Shown in pieces: positions 1 to 11,600 of a stretch of 64,000 nt of DNA. Below the pieces are notes generated by a model that had not been told where the DNA came from, did not search any database, and worked only from the letters and a program-made list of their open reading frames with translations. A program made the translations under genes and the position numbers. This DNA comes from Podospora anserina. Its lineage: Eukaryota. Positions within the stretch are counted from its first letter, which is position 1. Every line of letters begins with the position of its first letter. Location: contig CM030335.1 in assembly GCA_017654855.1 (NCBI GenBank), positions 930,001-994,000 on the forward strand, in the 5' to 3' direction.

Positions 1-133
1 TCGTGTCGAAGGTGCTCCGCAACCATGTAAGTAACCCGATAAGTGAATGCATTTGCGTGATAGATGTGTTGAAATGGGAATTGATGAGTTATCTCATAGG
101 GGAGAGAAACCGAGAGTATTGATCTGAAGAGCG

Positions 134-1639
134 ATGGGGATTGGAGCCACTGGTTTCAGGTATTTTATCTCCATGGATAAGAATACATTCGGGTATGGCA
201 GAGGGAACTCACACGACGGCTCAAGAGTCAAATCTTTGCAGAAAACCTTTTGGAACAACCATCGAAACACCAGGAGCGATCTGGCTACCACATACTCTAA
301 GTTTCACATACAAGCAACGCACCTTCGTATCTCTGATGGCTGACGCTGAACACCCCCAAGAGTCTGCGGTGCCGTGGGGCCAGCATTCACAGCACTCGAA
401 CATGTCCCAACTGATCTGTACTACCTTCCCTTTTCTCTACCTCGCTGGCAAAGGATCACCAAGGCCTTCCATCTCCATGATGAAATCTGCAGGGCCTTCA
501 CCAAGAGCCACGAAGGCGGCTGCGCGACCTACCTCATGCACGGCAACTCACTCCGGATGTACACCTCAGCCATGTCATGGGATCACCAGAGCTGGACCTC
601 GGCAAATAGCCTCGCAATTTCATCCACCTATATTGAAGCTTCGAAGCTTACTGTCGCGGTCATATTCGGATGTTCAGAACAGCAAATGGCCAGGGTTGAG
701 GAGCTGCTTGCATCATGTCCGGGGGTCAAGTCACATCCCCTGCTTACGGTCGGGATATTTGCGGAACTACACAAGGATAGGATGCAGGAGATTGTCAAGA
801 AGGCGATTTATGAGTGCACTGCAGCTATTACAGATCTGAAGCTGGATCGTGATGCGCCTCCGTTGGTGAAGCGAGACTTCAAGCTGAACAGGAAGCTGAG
901 AAACTGGCGGCTGAAGACGAAGATGGCGGAGGAGGTCAGAACTACCAAGGGTTTGCTCCAGAAGATGATAACGCAGGTTGAGGAGGAGCAGCAGCTGCAA
1001 TCCTTCCAATACGACGGCGAGTTTGCCACGAGCACGCGGAGATTTAAGCAACGGTTTACGGAGATTGAGATTGAGTTGGACGCCCTGATGGCTAGGTGCC
1101 GGATGATGTTTGACGACATGACTTATTCCGAGGAGCTGGTGACTCTTTTCGATCGTATCTTCCGATTGTTTCTTGCCCACATGGGGGCTGAAGTTGGCTT
1201 CAGTTTATGAATGAGCTCCTCAGTGATGATGCCGAGCGAGCAAGGGACCAAGCAAAGATGAGTACGGTCATAGCCTTTGTTGCTATGCTGTATCTTCCAA
1301 TAACAGCTGTGGCGGTAAGAGGTCTTCCTGATAGTAATCTTGGGCTTAGTGCTGATGCGTCTCGTCAAGACAATTTTCGCTATGCCGGTTTTTGATTTTC
1401 AGAACGAGCGGAGAGATATCTACTTCCGAAAGGCAGAGACTGGGGAAGATTCCGATCAACCGCCAGTCCTATCTTCATACTTCTGGGTGTACCTAATTGT
1501 GTCTGTTGTCCTTACCGGATTCACAGTGTTCGGTTGGTGGCATTACGCAAGAGGTACGAGCAAAGCGCACAACCGGAGAAAAGCTTTGAAGCGCATGCGG
1601 CGAGCACATGCGACCACGGGAGGGTGGAACAACTCATGA
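134..1639 (+). CDS. CorA-like (two C-terminal TM helices) fungal protein; 5' exon structure uncertain
   Basis: ORFs 374-1210, 1207-1395 and 1340-1639 join in frame through GT-AG introns 1139-1203 and 1315-1369. This gives a coiled coil followed by MSTVIAFVAMLYLPITAVA|TIFAMPVFDF and FWVYLIVSVVLTGFTVFGWW. The intron near 300-360 lacks a clear donor. Confidence 0.65.
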
Positions 1640-2175
1640 ATCTCGAGGGCGTTTCTTGGGCTTTGGGATCGACCACAAGGAAAGTGTTTGACAATCAAGA
1701 CAAGGTCGGGATATGGAGGGAAACACAATCCTCCACTTCCTTTTATTGACTTGTGGAGTCTGACCTCTTACCAGAAAATGTCTCCGAAGAATCGAACCCA
1801 AAGAACCTGAAGTCGGAGTGAAGAGAATTTGGGCCCAATTGTTCTGGGCCGGGGGGTTTGCTGGACAAATTCTTCCGGTTTAGCGTTGCAAAATGATTGT
1901 CTCTGATTGGCACACGTTGGGTTGCAGCCCTGATAAAGTGGAGGACCGGATGCTTGACCACGTCACACATAATGCCAAGCCAACCCCATCAGGGGTAGCG
2001 GCGGTGAGGATGGCCCGATAAACACAACAGCAGCGAGCAAACAGCATGACAAAGAATATCTGAATCAACACACCCTCAACTCACATTGCGATTCCTCTTC
2101 CAGTGTTACCCCATGAACTCCAAGGACGTATAGCCCAAAGTCACATACTATTTCTCCCGCGGCCCTCGTGACACC

Positions 2176-2841
2176 ATGCCCTCATTCACCTCCTCATCCT
2201 CTCGATCATCCAAGAAAGACAACACCCCACCGCCAGCGAACTTGCTCCCAAAGGCCCACTCCCGCCCCCACCCACCACCACCCTCATCACGACGCGCTCA
2301 CTCTCCGCGTCCTCCTTCTGCAAGTGTCACCACGTCAGGGACGTCCTTGGTCAAGCAAAAACCGCCCAAGCAAGTCTCTCGTGGGCTGAGTGGACTGACG
2401 GCGACCATCACCTCCCGCACTGATCAAGTGCTCACCCATGTCAACGAGCAAGTGACACAGATTCGTGAGGAGCAACAGAATGGCACGTCACAATGGGTTG
2501 CCGGCGAGCTGGATCGAACTTCGCACTGGGTGCAGGGCGAGCTTACCAGGACGAATGACTGGGTTAGTCAACTGAGGGAAGAGCAGCAAAAGGAGGCGAG
2601 TCTATGGCTCGAGCAGGAACTCGAGAAGGCACCAAAGGTCGCGATGGAAAGTGCTAAGAATACGTATCTTGGTTGGCTTTCAGGGGATGAGGGGATTGTC
2701 ACGGCGGCGCTGGCCTGGATTCCTGTTGCTTTTGTTGCGGGGGAGACAGTGAGGGTTGGGATTGAGGTTGGGAAGGTTGTGTATGACCTGGTTCAGGGAA
2801 CCTCTTCGAATGGGCAAAGGAGGAGAATTCAGGGGGCGTGA
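2176..2841 (+). CDS. Hypothetical protein: Ser/Pro-rich N-terminus, 11-residue W-V-x-G-E-L-x-R-T repeats, hydrophobic C-terminus
   Basis: Uninterrupted 221-aa ORF with ATG in a good context (caccATG). Confidence 0.55.
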   Translation: MPSFTSSSSRSSKKDNTPPPANLLPKAHSRPHPPPPSSRRAHSPRPPSASVTTSGTSLVKQKPPKQVSRGLSGLTATITSRTDQVLTHVNEQVTQIREEQQNGTSQWVAGELDRTSHWVQGELTRTNDWVSQLREEQQKEASLWLEQELEKAPKVAMESAKNTYLGWLSGDEGIVTAALAWIPVAFVAGETVRVGIEVGKVVYDLVQGTSSNGQRRRIQGA

Positions 2842-4611
2842 CGAGGTCATTTACCATGAGGCAGACACTAGGGGGCATCAATGGGCGTTCTTTTGGGTTT
2901 TATTTCTTGGGTTTGTTTGGGGTGTTTGATGGCAGCATTTATTGAGCGACATGTATATTTCCGGTTAACAAAACAAGTTAAATAAACAATCGACAGGTTT
3001 ATAACACCGGTCCAAGAAACGAATCGCCTTTATATTGGTTGTCAAAAAGATACCTACCTTATGCCATGAGTACGCCGAAGAAGGAGTCCGCCCACCATGC
3101 CCATCACCTCGAAAGTCAAGATACCGGTAGCTAACCGTTGCCTAATAACTGCCAACTATTAGAACACCGCCTCCTCGCCTGGATACCTATGCAACCGACA
3201 AGTGATAAAGAGATACAATGATACTTGACGTTATTATATGTTCTCAAGTGACCACTATGTAGGTGTATCCGTCTGATGACTGCTTGTTTTCAACACCTCA
3301 TACATACCTACGTCATGAGAGCGTTCCGACAATCGCGAGTTCCTGATACGCCCGTATGTTTTGTATATGACGTTGACTGACTTCCATTGTTGTTTGGCTG
3401 AAGTAGGTATTTTTACGAGCTTTGTTACATTGTCCGCCCAAGGATCAGTCGACAATTAAGTGTCGGTTTATGTTATTGTATCATACCTGCCAGTTCTATT
3501 TCAGAGATAGATAAGGGAAATATTTGCGGTGCCTATGAAATGTACTGCAAAAGTTTTGATGTTGATCTTCGGTTGCTTTCCCCAAAACCCGGAGTCAACA
3601 GAAGCCATGGGAGCCTGATCTCCTGTAGTGTGACACAAAACCACTTCCGGCCTGCCATGCATATTGGTGTGACATGAGGGTCATTTGATGTGGCTTCGAA
3701 GCCTTGATTAAGCTTGGTATGTCTCGAGTCTGCGCAGCCTGACTCACTGCGAAACCTTCGAAATCTGCAGTTCAGTTCCTACCGTGTTACGCGACACCTT
3801 ACCTCGCTGCGTGCATTAGCATAGGCATTACAAAATGACCGGTCAGGAGATCTGAGGCTAGGTACTCTTTTGTCACCTGAGGTATACATCATCTTAAGGT
3901 ACTTCCCTATCGCATGTACTTGAGGCAGGCTGTCTTGCTGAAAACTGTCGGTCGCAGGCCTGGTAGACAGGTGTCGGGGATAAATTAGGTACCTGTTAAT
4001 GTACCAATTTAGGCTAGATAGATAAGAAGGTATTATTCTACCTCTCACCTCTGCCTTCACTTTGGAGTTGTGGTGGGTTGATAGAGCTTCGCCAAAGCTT
4101 CGACATCCATTCCGTGAATTTCTGCCAGCAATGCCCCAGGTTGTTGGTACCTACCAACCTAAACATAACATTCTATACATCACAGGGACCGGGCAATGGT
4201 GTGATGGTGCTAGGCTGCAGATTAGGTATTGTTGAGCCCAAGCTGCCAATTTGGTCGAGGTGCAGGTAGGGGTGCTGGCGTTACCTAATTCACGAAGAAT
4301 CATTCACCTCATGCATGATATATGCCGCAGAAACCGCCCCTTTTCCTTTGGGCACAGGTGGTCAGCCTACTGAAGGGTAAATTACAGGGAGGGCCGTCTC
4401 GATTTGGACATATAAAGTATCTGCTAGCTATTCGTAGGTCTATGAAAGCCTTGTCTATCTGAGCTTTCTCAACAACCTCCCAGATTGCTCTTTCAACGCA
4501 TTCATTCTCTGGGACTTGTTCGGGCCTGAACCAAATATGTCGCAACTTACGAGAGCCTCCGAGTCTGCAGGTCGCGAGCTGGTTCCATTGCCTACAATCT
4601 CGCCTCCCATC

Positions 4612-5680
4612 ATGCCCTCGGCGGGGTTCATATGTTTTCAAATCGGACTACCCTGCCTGCCTCAAGGCATTGCTCCCGCACCCGAACTCAACTACCGAGA
4701 TCAACATCATCATTCAGCCCAATTGTTCTCCTCATGTTGGAACCCTGTGCAATGTAGGCTTGGCGTTTGTGATCGCCAGGAGGATGGCCGACCTTGGGAT
4801 GGAAGCGGTGGTGATGTGCGACCTCTGGAACAGGGCCAAGGGTGAGGAGATGACAGTTGATGGCGTCGTCTACCAGAGAGGCCTTCACGACACGGGCAAA
4901 TTACAAACCTACCTTCATGGATATGAGAGACTGCTGAAGGATCTGTCGGAACGCTATGGTGTGCGGTACAAGGTCCGCCTCGAGGAAGAGTTTCTCAGCA
5001 TGGACGGCATCCCACAGGTCTTGCAAAAGGTCATTCGGGATCGCGAGAGTCTGGCAAAGCACCTTGCGCCATCGACTGGCTCTCTCGCCATCCGCGCTGG
5101 CTGCCCTCACTGTGAGCTCGTCGACAAGTACGGGGTGAACAACAGATACTCGGCCGACGGACTAGAAGTCTCGTTCCACTGTCGGGTCCACGGTCGATTC
5201 TCATACAGCACCCAAAAAGATCCGCAGAGGTTTCTCTTCAACTGTCAGCTTTTCAATCTTATCTTGGGATATTTCTACGAGAATGCTCCGTACAACTGGA
5301 TTGAGATTTGTGGGAGTGACTACGCAGGATTCTGGCAGGAGCAGCTTCTCTGGCGGTTTCTCTCCAAGCCCGCCATCATCGTCTACACCCACCTGGTCTC
5401 GGATTGGTTGGGAAACAAGGTTTTTAAATCGCTGTATCAGCAGAAAACTGCATACGACTACTTGGTGAAAGCAGACCAGGAGTATTTGCTCAGTTACGAG
5501 GTGCTTGGGCGCGAGGGGAAAGATATCAGTCTGCTTTGGCGGGAGATCGAGCTGTGGGTGGATCAACCTTATCGGCTTTTCCGCGACTACACCCTTCATT
5601 ACCTTCACCTCTTGTTTCAACAGGAGAAGGTACTTCTCGGGACAATTCACACCCAGGCGTCTGAGCCCGAGACAGAGTGA
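4612..5680 (+). CDS. Class I aminoacyl-tRNA synthetase (LysRS-I-like) catalytic-domain-only protein; apparent frameshift just after the ATG
   Basis: HIGH-like QPNCSPHVGT, CPHC...CRVH metal-binding motif, GSDY, and KMSKS-like KVFKS; intronless. The ATG at 4612 is one base out of frame with the 4670-5680 ORF. Confidence 0.6.
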
Positions 5681-6332
5681 TTGAGGCGTAGTGTCTCGAG
5701 AGAGAAGTTGGTGGGGGTCGAATCCCAGATGTATGTGAAATTGCCTCAGGTACCTAAGAAGGAAGGAATATTGAAATGAGGAACTAGAGTTGATATCGAC
5801 CACTGCCTCGGATAAAGCACTCAAATTTGGGACACGTATTTCTCTTCTTTCAAGCTTGCTAGGTGCACCCCCTCATCAGGAGTCGGTGAGTGAGTTGATT
5901 TCCAAGACATTTGGCAGATAAATCATGAAAGAGGTATCCATCTATTATTGAACTTGGGTATTCTGGTAGTAACTTTATTTGCGGTATGCTACTAGTAGTA
6001 GGTAAGTTCATAGAAAAGCTCATTCTCACACTAATTCAGTAGGAAAGGCACATCCGGATTGGAAAGAAATGTGTACCTGACCAGGGTGGTCTTCAAAGTA
6101 AAAACCACCCCTGGCCAGAGCCAATGCTTCGATTGACGCCTCCTTGTTGTAAAGCGATGTTGATTGGCCAAATCACCTGCGGGGTTATTGTGTGCTGGCT
6201 GGTTACTCAAGGGACGACCCCCAAAATCCCAATAAACTCAAACGCGTTCCGTCTTCCGACCCGCGCTCAGTTTTTCGCCCACCTTAGTCGGTCGACCTCC
6301 AAGATGCTCACTCTAAGAACCTGACCGCCGAT

Positions 6333-6836
6333 GTGATCCTTCCCATGCAGGATCCCTACATGAGCCAAATCATCAACGGGACAAAAAACTACGAGTTCCG
6401 CAAGTACTGCCTGAAGCCCAGCGTCAAGCGCATCTGGTTTTACCGCACCGCGCCGCACTCGACCCTCACCCATATCTGCGAGATTCTTCCAGCAAGGACG
6501 CGAAACCCCGGCGATGCCCCTATCGAGGAACACGGATCTGAAAACGCAGAGTTCAACAACAGGCACAGAGACTGGGCCGGTTACGATTTCGCCTACAAGA
6601 TTGTCTCGGTTTACGAGCTGCGGAAGCCAATATCACTAGCCGCGATGAGAGGGGAATATGGGTTCAAGTCCGCTCCCCGAGGTCTGGTATGCCTACCGCA
6701 GTCGGTGGTCAAGCGTGTAGCGTGGCGTCAACAGAAGCTTGTGCTTGGGAACAAGAATGCAAATGATAACGGTGGTGGGGATAAGGATAAGAAGGCAGAT
6801 AGGCACGGAAACGGAGGCGACTCGGCAGAGTCCTGA
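6333..6836 (+). CDS. ASCH/PUA-like domain protein
   Basis: VILPMQDPYMSQIINGTKNYEFRK...IWFYRTAP...AYKIVSVYEL.KPISL...APRGL matches the ASCH G-x-K-x-x-E-x-R signature. First in-frame ATG is at 6345. Confidence 0.7.
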   Translation: MILPMQDPYMSQIINGTKNYEFRKYCLKPSVKRIWFYRTAPHSTLTHICEILPARTRNPGDAPIEEHGSENAEFNNRHRDWAGYDFAYKIVSVYELRKPISLAAMRGEYGFKSAPRGLVCLPQSVVKRVAWRQQKLVLGNKNANDNGGGDKDKKADRHGNGGDSAES

Positions 6837-7048
6837 AGCTGGCGATTATTTCACACTATTCATATTCAACCTCTTTGCAATGTGTAGACTGGGGGCTGGT
6901 TTGCTAATTTTACAAATTTGTTTGGAGTATCTCTTCTACAGTTACTGTTGGCATATAGAGCTCAGAGTTGTCAGTTGCATTAGTGCAGTGAGTGCACAAT
7001 CATTTTCATGTGCAGTAGATCCGAACTGTTTTTTCAGCAAATTATCAA

Positions 7049-7160
7049 GGTGAGATGGCCGAGCGGTCTAAGGCGCCACGTTAAGGTTTTCCTTAATCAA
7101 CATCCTACTAGCTGGATTCCGTGGTCCGAAAGGGCGTGGGTTCGAATCCCACTCTCATCA
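7049..7160 (+). tRNA. tRNA-Leu(AAG) with intron
   Basis: Acceptor stem GGTGAGA/TCTCATC, A box tggccgagcgg, anticodon stem ccacg/cgtgg with AAG, ~32-nt intron, long variable arm, GTTCGAATC, downstream T tracts. Confidence 0.93.
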
Positions 7161-7198
7161 ATCTACTTTTGCAATTTTTTGCCGAAGCAAAGCCTTCT

Positions 7199-10100
7199 CT
7201 ACAAAGTGGCTCCATCCGCCTCTTCACAAGATAGAGCTCTCACGCCTCTCCACTCCCATATTTTTCCAGCAACATCATGTGCAATTATCGCGCAACTTAA
7301 GCCCCCCAAGAACTCAAAAACAGCCACATCCACCTTTAGCATCTCTTTCAGCCAGTTCTGCAGTTCAACAGCTATAAGTGAGTCAACACCATAGACATAT
7401 AGCGGCTTAATTGGGTCTATGTCGTTTGGGCCCCGTCCGAGCACTTTGCATAACTTTGGGATGAGAGCCCCAGACAAAAGAGTGGCAGCCTCCACCACAG
7501 ACTTTGCCTGCTCAGCACGAGCGCGCAGATTATCAGCACCCGAGCGCTTGGGGTCTTTGCTTGGCGCGTCCGACAGCGAGGCTTGAGAATTCCCAGTGAT
7601 CTGATGAAGATTCGCAAAAGTCGACTGGTACATCCAAGCTGGTAGGTCCATATTTCTTTCCAATACACGGTGAGGAAGGTCCAAGCCCATCACCACTTGG
7701 GAAGTTTTAATGCTGGCTGCATTCTCGGGATTGCAATAGAACTCCAACACCCCAAGCATCTCATTACTCGACATGTCGAGGATGTGCTTGGTCAAGATGA
7801 ACTGCTGCGCCAGATTGGGATGCTCGGCCGAGAACCCGACAGGGCCGCCGACAAGACTCAAGTTGACCGAGAGTGTACGGAGGCCTTTACTGATGCGGTG
7901 GCGAGACAGTTCATCCTGGAAGGTGTTTCCTGCTGCGTAGTTTGCTTGGGCCTGTGAGCCGATGATGGCGGCGACTGACGAGAACAAGACGAAAAAGTCC
8001 AGGTTTGCAGTGAGCTGTTTGTGCAGGCTCCATGATGCGTCAATCTTTGATTTCAGAGGGACAGACCAAGATTCGTGGTCCATGTCCTCGAAGAAGCTAT
8101 CTCGGAGTACCGTGGCTACCTGGATACAGCCTTTGATGGGTGGCATGTGAGCCTTACAGCGATCCAAAACCGCACGGAGCGATTCTCCGTCGGCAGCATC
8201 ACAGACGGGGGAGTAGATGGCAGCCCCTTGGCTCTGCAAACGTTCAATGAAGGCCAACGCCTCTGCTGACGTAGCTCCGGACCGTGACAGCAGAACCAGG
8301 TGCCCAACCCCCTTCGCCGCCATCCACTCCGCAATAACCCGGCCCATGGCACCCAAGCCCCCGGCAATGACATACCTCCCATCCCCTTCGAACTGCCACC
8401 CCTTGGAACAACAGCCCCTGTCAATTCCCCATCGCCACCACCCTCAACATCAGCAACCACCTTCTCAGCATTCTTCCCACTTTGCAAACACCGAAACGCC
8501 TCCTCCACCTCCCCCGTCCCAAACACCCTCACCGGCTCCGGCAGCCTCAGCACCCCCCGCTCAAACACCCCGAGCACCTCCCCCAGCACCTCCTTGATAA
8601 CCTCAGGCCGATCAACCGACACAGCTCTCAAATCCACCGCGCAAAACGATACATTCTTTGCAAACTGGTACATGGGCAATCTCCCATGGGAAAAGATATC
8701 CCTCTTCCCAATCTCGACAAACCGCCCAAACGGCGCAACGCACTCCCACGACACCACCAGCGCATCCCCCGCCAAACTATTAAGCACCACGTCCACCCCC
8801 CTCCCCGCAGTCAACCTCCTGACCTCCCCCGCAAAGGAAAGGTCCCTACTGTACAGCACCCTCTCCCTCGGAATCCCATACCTCGCCATTATCATCTCTT
8901 TTTTTTCTTGCGACCCCACAGTGACGAATACTGTCGCGCCGATCCAGCTGGCAATTTGGATGGCTGCTTGTCCTGTGCCGCCGGCGCCAGAGTGGATGAG
9001 GATCGTCTCCCCGGGGGAAAGGCGCGCGGTGCGGAGGAGGGAGTGGTGTGCGGGACAAAGTTGATGGGGATGGCGACTGCGTGGGGGAAGGTGGTGGTGG
9101 CGGTGGGTAGGGACTCGAAGTGGAGGGTGTCCAGTAGGCCGGGTTGACCGATTTGGGTGAGCTCCCACTCGGGACAGGCACCCGTTGAGACACCTTGCAG
9201 GAAATTGTTTGCTGCTTGACGGATACACGCTGAAACTGCTTCGGGTGTAGAGGATGGATCGAGGGCGACGGTGGAGAAGACCAGCCCGTGACGTTCCTTG
9301 CGCAGCACGCAAGCGAGACCAAGGACTGGGCCGATGGAAAAAGGCGTGTTTTCCCCTATCCACATTATGTTGTTTGCTGCGGAAAGGGTGTCATGAAAGG
9401 CTGAGTATTGTTCAGGGTTGAGGTGTGCGAATGATGGCCAGGTTGCGCTGTCTTGGAGGATAATGATAAGGGGCTGTTCAGGGGTAGTCTTGGCATGTGT
9501 CCGAGATACCGCCTGGGAGAAAGTGCAGCATGTGGCTGCTATCCCTTGCTCACCAAGACAGGCCTTGATGGCCCGAGTCCAAACCATAATTTGGTGTCTG
9601 GTTGCAGAAACGGGAATCTCCTCCCAACCGGTCACAAGAAGTGCCGTTGTCGAGTAACCCAAACTACCAGCTTCCACAACGGGACTGACCTTGTTGGCGA
9701 TGGTGACACTGCTAAAACGGTTTTATTCCTCTTCAAAATCGTGCAGTATCGTTTCCATCTGGAAACAAGTCCTCCGAAGCTCCCGGTCCCAGTCGGTAGG
9801 GGTAGCCACCGGCCCCTTCTGGCGCCAGGTCTCAGCAGCTGTTTGTTGAAGAGGTTAGCAACAGTTCGTGAAAAGGTGGGCAAAGACAAACCTCTCAAAC
9901 ATGAACGGGCCGATGGTACTCGACGGGTTAGTAACCTCGACCAAAATAAGTTTTCCCCCTCACCTTGAGTCAGCTTCGACTTATACCACCCGAAAGAGCA
10001 AAGGCAACACATTCACCCTCTCAAAAGCCTATGCAGATTCCCAAGCGACCTCTCCAACAACGGGATAGTGTGCAGAACCTGTCCTGCGTCAGCAGCTATC

Positions 10101-11600
10101 TCACCACCACCAGACCATATTGCTCTCGAACTCAACAACTCACATTAGCAGCAACTACCAAATCAAACCCCCCCTTTCAACCCCTGTCTCCCATCACCCT
10201 CCACATCAAAAACACAATACCTCATCTTTTCACCCCCCATCTTCCCCACTACCGTCTCCCTCACCCGACCAAGGAACAAAGGCGAGATATCCGTAAAGTC
10301 ATACCGTCCAAACTGCCGAAAGCGCGTCTTATCCTCATCAGTTGACGTGACCAAGGCACTCAGGATATACTCCGTCGTTGACCCCGTTCCAGCCCCTACT
10401 TTAAGAATGGGCATCCCTGGGTTTTTGTGCCCCAGAACAGCGAGGTTCTTGGTTAGTGGGTCGTAGTATTTCATGAGTTTGTTGAAGTGGTGGTAGTATT
10501 CCTTGAGCGTGTCGTTTTCGAGGAGGATGCTTAGGGGGTCGACTTCCCCGCGGAGAATGGACTTGAGCTGGGCGGCGAACCAGACGTGGATTTCGCCTAG
10601 GCGTGTTGAGGAGAGGTGGTTGTGAGGGAGGAAAGTTCTTTGGGACTGGAGGTGGGGGGGTGGGATGTTGTGGGTGATCCAGGAGTGTAGCTGGATAAGG
10701 TGGGTTTGTCGAGGGGGATGCTGGCGAGGGGGATGGTGGTTGCGGCGAAGGACATGCAGGTGGCGGTGTAGCTTCTGAGGGAGGAGAGGAAGTCGGTGGG
10801 GTCGGGTTGGGGGGGTGGTGGGGGGTTGTGCAGGTAGTCTTGTAGCTGCTGTGGGGTGAGGGAAGTGATGTCGGGTGTGTAGGTTAGGTCGTAGCAGAGT
10901 CGTCGCTCTTCGCTTTGCGAGGTTTCGGCGTTGGATTCTTTCGTGGTATCGGTTATCATTGTTAGCTCTGCACCTTCGATCTGTAGAACAACTGTATCGC
11001 ATGAGCCGTTAGATAACACAGCTTGCACACCTGACTGGCACAACCTGCGGCCACTCTGCTCCGTGGTGTCATAGACATCGACTTCAACTAATTCAGTACT
11101 GCCAAAGCCTTTGGCTGGAATGAACAACTTGGCCATATACGTTGGAACCCAGGTTTCTTTGGGAGTTTCCTCCCCCGTAATCGGCAGGCAAAGCTGAAGA
11201 ATAGAGTCAAGGTCGCATGGATGGATGGCGAGTGGAATCTTGTTGCCAAAGCACGGTGGAACCTCTGCAGATGGTAACACGCCCAACAGCATGTCCACCC
11301 CCATCCAAGCAGGCATGTTGAATGCCTTGAAATATCGGGCCGTATTCATATCCACATTCCGTGAGCCTTTCATACAGTCGCTCGTGGTCAATTTCCCGAG
11401 TATACTGACGATATCCGGACGATATCAAGTCTTTGACGTCGTGATCATGCTGCTGCCCTTCTTCTCCTCCGTTGGATTCTGCCCTTTTGAAGATGGCTTT
11501 TATGCTCCCCTGACAAATCTCAACAAAGCTCTGCTCCTCACTTTTGTTCCGCTGTGAATATAGAGAAAACTCAGCCCACGCAGAGCTGCTCTTGTTGGCG
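7199..11600 (-). pseudogene. Highly reducing type I polyketide synthase relic (partial DH, MT, ER, KR, ACP; KS-AT absent)
   Basis: DH YEYGPIFQGI and IHPCDLDSILQ; MT VGAGTGS and YDFTDIS; ER ILIHSGAGGTGQAAIQ; KR GSQAQANYAAGN; ACP YGVDSLIAVEL. Spread over several frameshifted ORFs. Confidence 0.9.
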
